Below, piece after piece: positions 1 to 15,843 of a stretch of 64,000 nt of DNA. Below the pieces are notes generated by a model that was not told the origin of the DNA, made no database searches, and saw nothing but the letters and a program-made list of their open reading frames with translations. Origin of the DNA: the human T2T-CHM13v2.0 reference genome, Homo sapiens; assembly GCF_009914755.1 (NCBI RefSeq), contig NC_060929.1, one strand, 5' to 3'. Each line of letters opens with the position of its first letter. Position 1 is the first letter of the stretch. Both the position numbers and the translations under genes were made by a program.

Positions 1-530
1 GCCTAGAACCCGAGGCTGGTAGGAGAGCAAACTCTCAAACGCGCTGAAACCGGCCCATCTGGGAGAAATATTAGGGCGCATGTCTCTCCCGGAGGGCTTC
101 CTTTTTTTTTTTTTCCTAACCACGAAAATAGGGAATCTTTGTTACAGGCTAGTTGTGAGCGAATCCTCCTTTGTCCGCGTCCGGAGGAAAATCAGGTTTA
201 TTCTTCAGAGAGGGCAGCTTGGACTTTAGGAAGTGCCTGCCGGGTCCAAGTTTACCTTCCGGACTGCGACGAGGTGAGGTTTCGCCACCGTCCTAGCCTC
301 TGTCCTCTCCCCAACCTGCAGCAAGTCAGCTCTGACTCCGGCGGGGCCGGAGTGCAGGGCAGAGGGGAAAGAAGGTGCCGCCAAGGCTGGTCCTTCAGCC
401 ACAGCAAAGGCCCTGTGGCCAGCCTAGGCGACCCCTTCCTGTGGCTAACCCTCCGCGATCTGCAGGCAGAAGTGTTTCTAGGTGCCCCACCAGCCGCTAG
501 GCCCTGGGCCCCTTCAGACGTCCAAGCGCT
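1..530. promoter_or_regulatory. Edge of CpG-rich/GC-rich island (promoter or enhancer flank)
   Basis: Many retained CpGs in non-repeat DNA (gcgctg, ccgcgtccgg, ccggcggggccgg, ccgcgatc), fading after ~530; probably continues left of the window. Confidence 0.55.
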
Positions 531-1959
531 GTTATGCAAATCTCCTCATTTTTCATTTTCTGTATTCAAAGTCGGCTGTATCCAGTTTTTTAAAAATAAA
601 AATAAACCAAATAACAATAACAAAGCACTCTCAGTCTCCTCCTGCCTTCCATGCACAAACCCATCAATGACCTCTATAAACATGGGAGTCAGCCTCTCGG
701 TGTTTCCAGCCTCACAATTACCCACGGGGATCCCCTCTCTTGAGAAGCTGTAGGGAAAGATACCTCTTGGCTTCAACACAGACTTGCTCCCTTCCGACTT
801 GCCCGGGATCACTCTGGATTACTCCAACTGCTGACGGAGGACCACCCACCAAAACACAGCCTGGCCTTGGGAAAGCGTGGGTTCTCATTTATCAGGGTTT
901 ATTTATCCAAAATAAAAATTACTGTAGAAAAGTAAAGGAGGGAAAAACATCTTCCTCCCTTAGGAGGCTTTTTTGAATGAATCTTCTTCTCATTCTTTAA
1001 GGCCTTGGTTTAGGCCTTCCTATTCCCTGTGGTCCTTTGACATTATCTCAGCCTTAGTTAAAAAAAAAAAAAATAGTGAATTTGATTATTATCAGTAACC
1101 AAAGGTTGCTGGTGGAGGAAGGGAGACTAGCTGTGTTTTCTTGCATGATGGTTCATTTGCACCGTGTGCTATGCTGGAACCAGAAGAACATGAACTGGAC
1201 ATCACCCTCCCATTCCTGGCCCAATGCTTGAATGCCCTTGTCTCCTGGCCTCTTTGGTTACTCTGGTGACCTAGTTACTCAGTCCTGGGTAGCCCTGGAG
1301 ATGACTCTCCTGGAGGGGGAGGGCTGCCTCTCCCACTCCTCCAGGCCAGGGGCCCTCAAGCAGGGCTACTCTGAATGAACACTTTTGTTAGAAGGAGCCC
1401 TGGGAGATTCGTTTCTTTTCTTCTAACAAGATGTGTGGGTGGGAGATGAGGAAGTCCGGGCATTTATAATTCAGAGTGGTGAGACAGCCAAGGGGGGTGT
1501 AGGTGAGGACCCCAGTGCATCGCCCTCTCCCTAGATGTGACAGTCATCGCCTAGGGACCCAGGCTCTTTTCCTAACAGAAGCTGTACTGCCCGTTCATTA
1601 GAAGTGGGAGAGGGGAGGTGGGACCAGGTGGCACTGGGAAAACTCTCAGCCACTCCCGAATCCTGCCTTGCATCCTGCCTGCCAAACCATTCCTGGATCC
1701 TGACTCTGGGAGATGCTACTTAGGGCAAGAAAGCTGGCTTTGCTTGTGCCTGTGACAAATTATGGGATCCCCTAAGTTCCCAGCCAAGTCCAGCAGTGTA
1801 CTTGCTTCCACTTGCTGAACACTTTCTGATTTTGGGGGAACTTTTAACTCCAGTGTAACACAGGACTGCACAAAATAACAGCTGCCTCACTAGCATGCGG
1901 TTCAGGAAGCAGAACATTACCAGTAGCTACTAAGCCCTCTTGAGTTCTGTTTCCCCGCA

Positions 1960-2730
1960 GGGCAGTAACTATTCTGACTTCTAACAACAGAATAGTTTTG
2001 CCTGTTTTCAGACTTCACATGTATCTAAATACAGTATATACACTCTTTGTGTCTGATAATTTTACTTAGTATATGTTTGTGAGGTTCAATCACATTGTTT
2101 GTAGTTGTAGCTGGCTACTTTTCATTGCTGTCGAAACATTTCATTATGTGAAGATGCTACTGTTTATCGCCATTCTCTGCTGATGGACATTTGGGTAGTT
2201 TCCAGTTTTTGACTGTTAGGAATAGTGAGTGCCTCTATGAATTGTCTTGCGTGTGTCTTTTGGTGAACATGTTTACACATTTCTGTTGGGTAAATTTCTA
2301 GGAGTAGAATTGCTGGATCATATGATATTCACAAATCCAGCTAGAGTACATTCTACTCAGCAGTTTTCCAACCTGGTTGTACAGATTTACCCTCATACTG
2401 GCAGTGTACAAAAATGGCAGTTTCTCCGCATCCTTGCAAACATTCGGTATTACATGTTTTAGATTTTAAGCCGTTCTGGTGGGGGCGTGGGGGTGTCTCA
2501 TTGTGGTTTTATTTCACCTTTCCCTAATAACTAGTGAATTGAGGATCTTTTCAAATGTTTATTGATTTTTTGAATATACTTTTTTTGTGAAGTGCCTGTT
2601 TAAATCTTTTGCCTTTTTCTTATTGATTAGTGAGAGTTCTTTGCATATTCAGATAGGAGTCCCCTGTGGGTTACATGCTTATTGTGAATAATGTCGCCCT
2701 GTCTGTGGTTTGCATTTTTACTCTCTTAAT
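1960..2730 (-). mobile_element. Old L1M (L1MC/ME-like) 3' fragment
   Basis: Antisense L1 3' motifs: tgatggacatttgggtagtttccagtttttg, ctaggagtagaattgctggatcatatg, tctcattgtggttttattt. Confidence 0.8.
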
Positions 2731-3349
2731 GATATAGCACCTATTTTTGGCTCTGGTCTAGTGACATACTTCTGACCTTGAGGTTGTAGCACTGCTAGTC
2801 TACATCTAGGGTATCTGTGGCTGGGATATTTTCTTGGGCTCTGGACTACCAGGCCTGCCAACATGGTAAAATCTTTGAAGACAGAATCCAGGGCTGGTTC
2901 TGCTTGTTTTTCTCATAGTTAACTAAAGCTTTGTCCTTCCCAAGAATATTTTAATGACCCATTAAATGGGGGAAACTGCAATAGGACCCTTTGGATTTTA
3001 CAGAGAGGGCTGAATTCATTATCATGCATCCCTTTTTAATACATAGTAGTGGGTCAGATCTTTACAGAGCAATGCAACCAGAAGAGTGTAAATTCTTTGA
3101 GTTTGGAAACATGCACAGTGTAAACCTGGAAGGAGAGCTGAGGCCTACCCCCTTTTAAAATCTCAGTCTAAGCCCTGCCTCTTCCAGGGAGTTTTTCCTG
3201 ATTGCTGCTGTTCAGGAAGAGAACATGAGTGAAATGTGGGTATAATTTTGAACAATCCTTCTGGAAAGCAATTTGGGAATTTTCATTTTAAAAATCTTTA
3301 CAAAATACAAGGTGAAAATAGCATAAAATTAGTTTTAGTTATTTTAATC

Positions 3350-3794
<445 letters not shown>

Positions 3795-4459
3795 TATTTT
3801 TCAGTGTTTTAAACCCGTTTGTATTTTTCTTTTTAAAGAGGTGTTATCTTAACAAGTTTGGGGAGTTAGGGAAAAAATTGAAAAGAAAAGGTATTATCTG
3901 TTTTCATCTTTGATCTATTGAGATCTTAGGAACCCTTTGTCATTTTATTTTGTGCTGCAAATATTTTTGCCATTCTCCCGTTTGTCTTTTCAAAACGTTC
4001 ATTTTTTAGTTGAAGACACTTGATGATAATGTACGAAGGGGCCACTCAAACACGGGGTGGGGTGTTTGATTCCCAGTTGGGACTGGTCAAGAGCAATGTC
4101 AGGGCCCTAACCTCCCTTACAGCTGGCCCGAGGCAGTGGGGATTCCAGAGGACAGAGGCCTATCCCACTCTAGCCTTGTAGAGTATGAAGAGTCTGTAAG
4201 TAGCTGGCTTCAGAGACTGGGGAAACCTGGGGGACTGCCTTCCTTGAAGCTTCCATCCTGGGCCCCAGGCTGGCAAAGATGGAATGGAGGAGGGAGTGCC
4301 ACTGGCTACTCCCAGGGAAGAAGGAAATTGAGAGCAGGTAATCCAACAGAAAGAAGTGAGGAAGAAGAGGTGCCTTGAGTTTGGGCTGGTGGGTGGAGGG
4401 GACTTGGGGAGGATCCAGAAGAAAGGAGAACATCAGCCAGGCGGGAAATCTGATGGGCA

Positions 4460-4605
4460 GACTCAGGCTCTGGAGTAGGGCTGCAACCTACTGCATGGAA
4501 TTGTTTAATCTCCCTGAACCTCAGTGTTCTTATCTGTCAAATGGGATAATGCTTGTACTTTGTCAAAAGATTATTTGTGAGAACTAAAGAAGATAACATT
4601 GTAAA
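4460..4605 (+). mobile_element. MIR fragment
   Basis: tttaatctccctgaacctcagtgttcttatctgtcaaatgggataat core. Confidence 0.75.
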
Positions 4606-5460
4606 ATATAGCCTCAGATTCTTTGCCACTCTTCTGATTGAGAGGTAGGGTCTATGTCCTCCCGCTTTCAATACAGCAATTTTTCTACTGCCTCAACCAA
4701 TAGAGTACTAAGGAAGTGGCACCATGAGACTGCAAGCTGTAGGTCAGAAAAAGCCACTTACCTTCTTTTCTGTTTACTGGAGCATTTGCTCTTGGATCCC
4801 TGAGCTACTGTGTGAGAGACTGACTCCCTTGAGCTGTGAAGAAGCTCAAGCTATAGAAAGAGGCCACAGGTAGGACACTCTGGTGGACAGTTCTAGCTAA
4901 GCCAGCCTTCTAGTCGTTCCAGTGCAGGTGCCAGATGTGTGAGTGAGGAAGCTTCCAGATGATTCCAGCACCTAGCTGATCCAGGTTTTGTTGTTGTTGT
5001 TGTTGTTTTTGACAGGTCTTTTTTTGGTATGTCTCCCAGGCTGGAGTGCAGTGACACGATCTCGGCTCACCGCAACCTCCGCCTCCCAAGTTTAAGCAAT
5101 TCTCCTGTCTTAACCTCCTGAGTAGCTGGGAATACAGGCACATGCGGCCACACCCGGCTAATTTTAGAGACGGGGGTTTCACCATGTTGGCCAGGCTGGT
5201 CTCGAACTCCTGACCCCAGGTGATCTGCCTGCCTCAGCCTCCTAAAGTGCTAGGATTACAGGCGTGAGCTACTTCGCCCCACTGGTTGATCCAGTCTTCA
5301 TAGCTGAGGCCCCAGGCTTCATAGAGCAGAGAAAACTCATCCCTGTTGTGTCCTCTCCAAACTTCCAACCCTCAAAATCAGTGAGCATAATGAAACGTTT
5401 GTTTTCATACCACTGAGTTCTGGGATTGTTTGTTATGCAGCAGTTAGATAACCGGAACGT
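4606..5460 (+). mobile_element. MLT1G/H-like MaLR solo LTR interrupted by an Alu
   Basis: attctttgccactc...gagaggtagggtctatgtcc near start; ends gttatgcagcagttagataaccggaac. Confidence 0.75.
4986..5283 (-). mobile_element. AluS with (TTG)n tail and shortened middle linker
   Basis: Alu dimer; tgatccag on both sides (TSD remnant). Confidence 0.9.
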
Positions 5461-6713
5461 GGTCCAAATAGAACGGGTTAGTGTACTGCTTGCCCAGTAG
5501 TAGGTGCTAAAGAAACAGCACCTGTCGGTAGCATTTTGGTAACAGGGGTATTCCAGCGTAGAGAACAAAGGGCTGTTAAGGAAGAAAAGGCAGAGGGCCC
5601 TGCTCGAGGAAAGCTGATCCTGGACAATCTCCAGCTTTCCACCTGGACAGTGTCTTTATCTTGGCTCTAATTTTAGCTCCCCTCCCGCTTCTTCCAGAAT
5701 TTAAAACCCCGAATAGCCACAAAAGGAGGGAGTCAGTGGGCCTTAGAGTTTCCTTTGTGTACCCCCTTGTCCCCTTTTAAAAAGCTCTGGAGTGGCATTG
5801 GCAAGGATTGTCGGCTGGAGTTGAGCTTGGGGAATGTGGGGGTGGAGAGCAGAGGAGGCATCAGAAAGCACTTTGTTGCTGCAACTATGAAGCGACCATA
5901 ATGACAATCAGGCGGAATAAGTCATCCCTGTCTCTGCGCACTGCTTTTCAGTTTGTTAAGTGCCTTCTTTCACATGGCCTGGTCTTCAGGCATTTGAAGG
6001 TGGAGAACACATTCTTAGCACACTTCTTGGCAGGTTGCAAGTGTCCAACAAATGCTTGCTGATTGATAAATATGGACCACACTGAGCAGTGACTTTACAG
6101 CAAGTCCCTCTGCGTGTGCACTGCCTCCTGCACGGGGAGTTTGTTTCTCTGATTGTGCATGATTCAGGCTTTCATTTGGCCCCGTTCAAGTCCACCTGCT
6201 TGTTTCTCCTTCTGCAGGGCCTCAGGGGGAGATGGAGTCAGGAGGCAACTAAGGGACATGGCATCTGGGGGTCCAGGCCCGCAGAAAGGAAAGCCTTGGA
6301 CTTGGCAAACACTACATAATTTTAAGCTGCAGCAGTACCATCCTTTTATTTTTCTTTGGAGATGGTGTCCTGGCCCCAGCACATCCTCAGGAGTTCGTGG
6401 AGGGGGCCTGGGACTGTGTGCAGATTCTGCCCAGGTTTCTGTGGTGACTGCTGTCCCCTGTCCTCTGGAGAGCGGCAGGCAGGGTGATATGACAGGAAAG
6501 ATTTTCCACAACTGCAGAACATCTGGACAGGTGGTTAATGCTGCTGCACGCCACACCTCCTTGGGGCTGGTCTCGGCTCTCCTGAACCTCACCTTGACCT
6601 TCCTCCGTAGCGGGGTGCCCCTGACAAAGGTTCACCTGCCCACTTTTTTTCTGCTTCTCTTTCCTTCGCTGCTCGTGGGGCTTCTCCTAGAAAAGCAGAA
6701 GAGAGAGGGAGGG

Positions 6714-7068
6714 TTATTAGTCCGTCTTCACACTGCTATAAAGAACTACCTGAGACTGGGTAATTTATAAAGGAAAGAGGTTTAATTGACTCACAGTTCC
6801 ACAGGGCTGGGGAGGCCTCAGGAAACTTACGATCATGGCAGAAAGTGAAGGGGAAGCAAGGGACGTCGTACATGGTGGCAAGAGAAAGCGAGAGAGTGGG
6901 GAAGTGCCACACTTTTAAACCATCACATCTTGTGGGGAACTCCCTCACTATCATGAGAACAGCATGGGGGAAACCACCCCATGATCCAGTCACCTTCCAC
7001 CAGGTCCCTCCCTAGACACAAGGGTATTACAATTCGATTGAGATTTGGGTGGGGACACAGAACCAATA
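6714..7068 (-). mobile_element. MSTA/THE1-type MaLR solo LTR
   Basis: tattagtccg..cactgctataaagaactacctgagactgggtaatttataaaggaaagaggtttaattgactcacagttcc ... gagatttgggtggggacacag. Confidence 0.9.
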
Positions 7069-7104
7069 TTTTGGAAAATTGGACCCAATTTTCTGTCTCT
7101 CATA

Positions 7105-7310
7105 TTAGAGGGAGACAGAAAGAGAAAGAGAGATTGAGAAAGAAAAACAGAGGGATTGAGAGAGAGGGGAAACAGAGAAGGGGGCGAGGGGGAGAGAGAG
7201 ACAGAGAGAGAGAAAGACAGAAAGAGAGAGAGAAGGGGGAGGAGATTGAGAGAAGAAAGAGACAGTTGACAGAGGAGAGATGGAGAGATAGAGGGGGAGA
7301 GAGAGAGATG
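7105..7310. repeat. GA-rich low-complexity tract
   Basis: Near-pure purine (GA)n-like run. Confidence 0.9.
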
Positions 7311-7705
7311 ACCTTCAAGGGCAAGGAGGGTTTCCAAGTCTGAGGGAATATGCCCAGCCTGGCCTGGGAGGGAAGGGTTCTGGGTGTGGGGAGAAGGAAA
7401 ATGTCTCTCTTTCTGTCTCTCATCCACATGGAGACTGACAGTGGCCAGGTGTTAGGGAAGGAGAATGGGCACCAGCTTTTTAAAGGACGTTCAGCTTTGA
7501 TGGAAACGTTCATTTGCATGTTTAACTATGGGGAGAATGCCTTTCTGTTAACCAGCTAAGGGTGGCTGAGTGGGGGTGAGTGGGTGGTAAGTCATTCTGT
7601 GTCAGATTCCTGTGAAGCAGGGGAAAGAGTACCCGGGAGGAGTCCTGTGGATAATCTGTCTCTCCTGAGCTTTGTGTGCCAACCAGCCCCTTCCTTCAGT
7701 TGTGA

Positions 7706-7993
7706 AAATGGGAGTAGAGAGTTGTTGATCAAAAGGTACAAAGTTTCAGACACAAAGGAGGAATAGGTTTTGACATCATTGCACAGCAGGGGGCTGTAGT
7801 CAGTATTAATGTATTATACACTTTAGAATGACTAACTGCAGATTTCAAATGTCTCACCATAAAAAATTAGGTAAGCAAGGTGATGGATATATTGATTAGC
7901 TTGAGTTAGTTGTTCCATACCACATACATATATTGAAACATTGCATTGTACCCTATAAATATATACATTTATGATTTGTCAATTAAAAATAAT
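7706..7993 (+). mobile_element. L1MA-type 3' end
   Basis: ttgatcaaaaggtacaaagtttcaga ... ggtgatggatatattgattagcttga ... atttgtcaattaaaaataa. Confidence 0.8.
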
Positions 7994-7996
7994 ATC

Positions 7997-8242
7997 AGCT
8001 GGGCATGGTGGTTCACACTTGTAATCCCAGTTAATTGGGAGGTCAAGGAGAGAGGATTGCTTGAGGCCAGGAGTTCCAGACCAGCCTGAACAACACAGTG
8101 ACACCCATTCTCTACAAAAAATAAAAAAATCTGACCGGACTCCTGCTTGAACCCAGAAGTTGAGGCTGCAGTGAGCCATGATTGCACCATTGCACTCCAG
8201 CCTGGGCAACAGGACTAGACTTTATCTCTTAAAAAAAAAAAA
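7997..8242 (+). mobile_element. AluJ with internal deletion in right arm
   Basis: Alu left arm, shortened right arm, A12 tail. Confidence 0.85.
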
Positions 8243-8273
8243 GTACTTTCTTTCTTTCCTTTTTTTTTGTTTT

Positions 8274-8373
8274 AAAGGCTAGTCAAGTGAAGCAGTGGGA
8301 ATGGAGAAGGAATAAAGAAACCTGTAACTGGTTGTGACCAATTAGTTGTAAACACCATTGCACTCGGACCACC
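8274..8373 (-). pseudogene. hY3 Y RNA retropseudogene (RNY3-derived)
   Basis: Reverse complement reads GGTGGTCCGAGTGCAATGGTGTTTACAACTAATTGGTCACAACCAGTTACAGGTTTCTTTATTCCTTCTCCATTCCCACTGCTTCACTTGACTAGCCTTT; about 5 substitutions and 1 deletion versus recalled hY3; A-rich tail at 8247-8273 on the minus strand. Confidence 0.95.
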
Positions 8374-8514
8374 AGTGGGGCAGGGGGAGCTCAGAGTGTT
8401 TGGATTTCCTGTCTTCTCCCAGGCTTTGTCAGCAGGATTTGAGCTGGAATCAGATTCTAGCCAGGAATCCTCAGCATTGGGAAAAAGGCCAGAAGAGAAT
8501 GATAACCCATGGTA

Positions 8515-8842
8515 TCTCAGTTGGGCTTAAGAATCACCTGGAATTCTTGCTCAATGCAGATTCTTGGGCTCCCTTCAGAAATTCCTATTTAGTAGGTCTC
8601 AGGAGTCTGCATTAAAAAAAAAAAAACTTAAAAAAATTAAAAAGTATGTGTAATAGAGACAGGGTTTCCCTGCGTTGCCCAGGCTGGTCTCAAACTGCTG
8701 GCCTCAAGCGATCCTCCCGCCTCAGCTTCCCAAAGTGCTAGGATTATAGGCATAAGCCACAACGCCTGGCCCAGGAGCCTGCATTTTGAAACAAACACGC
8801 CAGGCTATTTTGATGGCACTGGTTTTCGGATCTGCACTTTGA
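8515..8842. mobile_element. MER5-type hAT MITE interrupted by an Alu monomer
   Basis: agaatcacctgg..aatgcagattc..agtaggtct..caggagtctgcatt..cactttga. Confidence 0.7.
8614..8771 (-). mobile_element. FLAM/Alu left monomer
   Basis: TSD caggagtctgcatt (8600-8613) / caggagcctgcatt (8772-8785). Confidence 0.85.
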
Positions 8843-9321
8843 CAGACAGACTTAAACCTTCCGTGTGAGTATTCGAGAGCACCATCCTGCTTTCCTGAGA
8901 TGACAGACTCCTCAGGGAGGCAGCCAGGGCTTCCTGTTTCTAGATGGGGAAACCAAGCCAGGCAGCCCTCTGGAGGCTTGCTGTGGGGTGCCCCGGCAAG
9001 CTAGCGAAGCCCCACAGCCAGAGGGCCAGCCCCGGGGGATGGGGGGGACCAAATATTAAAAAGAATATGCAAACTCTCTTTTTGGCTGATAAATCTAATG
9101 CTGTTTCCTCATAGCCACATATAGGTTTTGCTTTGCATTTCATGTTCTTGCTCCTTATGTTTAAACATTAAAAGTTTTTATTGTTTTATAAGCCTCTATA
9201 AGTAAGGAATAAATTCTCATTGTAAACATTTCAAATTCTATACGAATCACTCTATTTCCCTAGTCTCACGTCTCTCCTCAGAGATAACCCTTCTTACCTG
9301 TTAGCTGTGTGTCTTTCTAGA

Positions 9322-9907
<586 letters not shown>

Positions 9908-11840
9908 CCTTTCCCTATGCATTTATATGCATACATATGCGCCTCTGCACGTATAATTACAAGAAAAGATAACAGGGATCATTCATTTTGCATTGACCTA
10001 CGGTTTGCTTTTTTCTCTTACCAGCCTGTTTCAGAGATCTTTCTACATCAGGACATATAGATCCACTTTTTCCCTTTAAAGGGATGCATAATATTCCATA
10101 CTGACAAGCCATGGTTTATTAAACCATTTCCTATTGGTGGACATTTGACTTGTTTCTCTGGCTTCCCTGTTACTAACCAATGAACATCATTGCTTTTTGG
10201 CTTGTTTTTAATCCCACATCTCTTGGCATGCAGAACTATTTGGGGTTTCTCAGATTCTTCCTGAAAAACATAGGTGATGATGTAGTGAAATGTCGGGTAA
10301 CTGTATGGTTTATTGTCCACATGGGAACTTTGAGAGTGAAAGACAATGATAGCAGTAATGATTCCAGGATATGAAGAGGTACAGACTCAGACTGCCCTGT
10401 GCAGATTTTGGACATTTGGTCACTAGGGCCAGAGACAGAGTCCGAATGCGTGTTTTAATAGGAGATGCTTCACAAGATGAGGATCTGAAGTCAGTCCAAG
10501 ACTGTCTCAAACAAATGCTGGAATCCAGCCTCCAGCTTCACCCTTTCCTTCTGTCCGGTAACTGGTGGGCATTGGGGTAGCCCCCTGAGGCTGGGGGAAG
10601 GGACAGGGTAAGCAATGAAAATATCCAAAGAGAAAGGCTCAGTGAATGAGGAGTCTCATTTGTGGGAGGCCCTACCCCATAGGAGCTCTTTGTAGAGTAA
10701 ATGGTGGGCAAGTCAGCAGAGGGTTTGCAGAGGTTGATTTCATTCTTGACCACTCGTGGCTAACTCAGGGACAATCGAACTGCTGTGACCTTGAGGGGAA
10801 AGACCCCAGATACTGTTACCGGCTCCTTCGGGAAACCTCCACTCTCTTCCCGCCCTCCTTTCTGTGACTAATTTCTGAAATCTCTGTAACTGAGAAGGCA
10901 TTGGATGAGGTTTCCCACTCTGGGAGGGCCCTGGGTGCCAGACTGGGGCAAGGGGGGGCTGAGGCTCCTGTGCAGTCACATGCCATCTCTCAAGAGCAGG
11001 AGCGCAGGCCTCCAGATTGGGTGGCAGCAGCTGGTGGGGTATTGGGATAACCTCACTGATGACTGGGTAGATAGGGCTCTCTTGTGTTAGCAGAGTCCAG
11101 AAAACAGTGTGCTCCCTGATGAAAAGGCCACGGTCACTGTCTTCTGGGCTCTGCCTGGCTCTGACAGTTCTCAGCTGCTCCATAAATCTTCCATCAGTTC
11201 CATCTGGCCAAAAAGATGTCATCACCGTTTTCTCCTAGCGACGAAAAGTAAAAGGTCATTAACGAAAGCGCTCCTCTCTGCCTGTTCAAACCAAAGAAGA
11301 TGATCTTCAGTTTTTCAGTGGAAGGGGAAATGAGTGTTGAGGTTGGGTTGTTTATGTATAGTAATAGTTTATATTTATATGTTGTACATGAGGATAAGGA
11401 GGATGATTATGTTTTGGGTATTATTGAACACTCTGGGCACCCACATACTTAAAACACAGAACATTACAATCTGGAAGTTAAAAGGAACATTAGTGCTTAT
11501 CCAGTTGTTTTCGAGTTTTTTGCTTTAAAGCAATGGAACACTCATAGCAAATGATATGTTTATGCAAAATCCCAATACATCAAACAGAAGGACTGAGCGT
11601 AGCAGAGGCCTGGCACTCGGGGCTTTCAATACCGGCTCCCCCTGACCTCATGGTGGCTCCTGTTTGGAAACTTCTCTGTTTAAATTTCTATCCAGTCCCT
11701 AAATCCTCATTGTAGCATCCCCAGCAATTGATTGTTACGGTCTTGCCTCTTCCTCTCACACCCCCAGTGCCTTGGAAAGCAGCCTCTACTGTGCTAAGAC
11801 AGAGCCAATGGTCAGAAAGCATTGCTTTATCATTTGCTAT

Positions 11841-12266
<426 letters not shown>

Positions 12267-13141
12267 TGAGCCATGGATGTGCTAAACAATGACTGCGTCC
12301 TTTGCTTGGACTGTGTGGTCTGCCGGGGATCTGGTTCATCTTGATTTGCACCGTGTGGATGCTGTCAGGGGCAGAAGTCGGCCACATGTCACCCTCACGT
12401 CACCCTCCTCCCTCAAGAGACCTTGTTGGAAGGCTGGGAGAGGTGCAGAGGCCCATGCCTGTTCTTACCATGGCCTCTGGTCTGATGCTTTTCCGGCACA
12501 CAGGGATAGCCTTGGGTTTTCATGTTCCCATGCAGACACCAGCCTTGCAAAGGAGTCGCTTTATCAGCTGGTGTTACCCAGGTTGGAGGCTGATTTGGTA
12601 ATTTCCTGAAAACAACAACAAACCCAAAGAAACAAACAAAAACAACCAGAGGCATAGTCAGAGGCATAGTCATCAGAGGGGGACTCAAGGGTAGCTTGGG
12701 ATCTTGACTGTCCTAACACTGATTTGGCCCAGAGGCTGCAGAGCCTGGTGGTGTTGGAAGACAGAGCTTTTTATTGTTTTCTTCCAACTTTCTGCCAGCA
12801 GTCACCGGCAGTGGTTTAGTCAGTTTCTGCTTCTGGGTCATGATGTAAATTTAAGTTCCGGGCTGGGGATAAAAATTCTAAATGTGCTCTGCTAGTGTGT
12901 GTGTGTACGTGTGTAAAAAAAAAAAACAAAAAACCTTATTTATTTATTTTATTTAACATTAAAGTTTTTTCCCACTTGTATTTTTAGCAGCAAAAACTAA
13001 AAAATTGATCTGGTTCCTCTTGTCCAGCTCCTGATGAGGGAGCTGACTCCCTGCTACCCCCGCCCCACGGACTCTGTTGGGCAATAGCTGCTGCAGGCTT
13101 CTGCCCTCTCGTTGGCTGTTGACACCTTTCCCTTTTGAGTA

Positions 13142-13516
13142 CAGATGCCCCTCGACTTATGTCCAGATGAAACCAGTATAGATTGGAAATATTGTTAAGT
13201 AAAATGCGTTCCATACACCTACAGTACCGAGCATCATAGCTTAGCCTACAGAACGCTTCCATTAGCCTACAGCTGAGCAAAACCATCTCACACAAAGCCT
13301 ATTTTATAAGAAAGTGTTGAACATCTCATGTCCTCTCATGGTGAATATCTCTCATACTCACGATGCTGTGAAGCATTGCTAGAGTACTGTACCTACATCG
13401 CTAGCCTGGGAAAAGATCAAAGTCCAAAATCTGAAATCTACTGAAATCTTATTGCTTTTACACCATTTTACAGTAGAAAAATCATAAGTTGAGCCATTGT
13501 AAGTCGGGAACCATCT
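13142..13516. mobile_element. MER47-type Tigger (TcMar) MITE
   Basis: Terminal inverted repeats cagatgcccctcgactta / taagtcgggaaccatct; TA target at left end; catcatagcttagccta internal motif. Confidence 0.85.
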
Positions 13517-13639
13517 ATATAAAGAGTGTTTCTACTAAACTCCATTATTAAAGAGAGCATTTAAAAACAGTTTTTATTTATTTTAATTTTTCTTTCTTTC
13601 TTGTTTATTTTCTATAAGAGTTTGACACAAAATTAACTT

Positions 13640-13767
13640 TTAACTTTTATGCAGATGAAGTCTTGCTATGTTGCCCAGGCTGGCCTTGAACTCCTGGCAT
13701 CAAGCGATCCTCCCACCTTGGCCTCCTAAAGTGCTGGGATTACAGGTGTAAGCCACCACACCTGGCC
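13640..13767 (-). mobile_element. FLAM/AluJ left monomer
   Basis: Single Alu arm ending cctggcc. Confidence 0.85.
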
Positions 13768-13914
13768 TAAAGACAGCACTTTATCCTCAGGCAAATGGCA
13801 GAGACCCATGGAGAGGTAGGGGATAGGAGGGGAGGGATGTTTTGGCCTCCACCAACATTCAAGCTAGAGACCTGGGCATGGAGAGGTTTCTGATCTGGTT
13901 GCTTACCTTAGGCT

Positions 13915-14370
<456 letters not shown>

Positions 14371-14562
14371 GCATAGAGCTGTCCCCTGAGCTATGTAGCT
14401 AAAGTGGAAATATAGTTAATCTTACTTCTTGTAGTAGATAATGGTTTAATAGCCACGGATTCTTCCGATCCCAGTGTTTACCCCCTTTGCAATGTGACTT
14501 TTCTCCTCCTCCCCAGCAGAGATGGAGTCTAGATCTCTACTCCTTGAATCTGGGCTGATCTT

Positions 14563-15673
<1,111 letters not shown>

Positions 15674-15843
15674 TCATTTGGAATTCTGCCCTGAGACCAT
15701 GTTGCAGCAAAGTTAGTCTAGCCTCCTGGAGGATGAGAGACTACATGGAAGAGAACTGAGGCCCCCAGCCAACTGCCAGCACCACCTACCAGACTCACGA
15801 GTGAGGGCATCTTGAATTTTCCATCCCAGTTGACTTTCCAGCT

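Noticed and set aside
139-753. 204-aa ORF at window start
   Set aside because: Non-ATG start, no recognisable domain, crosses an A-rich low-complexity patch; chance ORF in GC-rich DNA
8274-8373. Functional Y RNA gene
   Set aside because: Has a retroposition tail and substitutions, and no recognisable upstream PSE/TATA promoter
12647-12672. 12-bp tandem repeat cagaggcatagt (similar: agtatccaag x3 at ~24671-24715)
   Set aside because: Ordinary micro-duplications with no further signal
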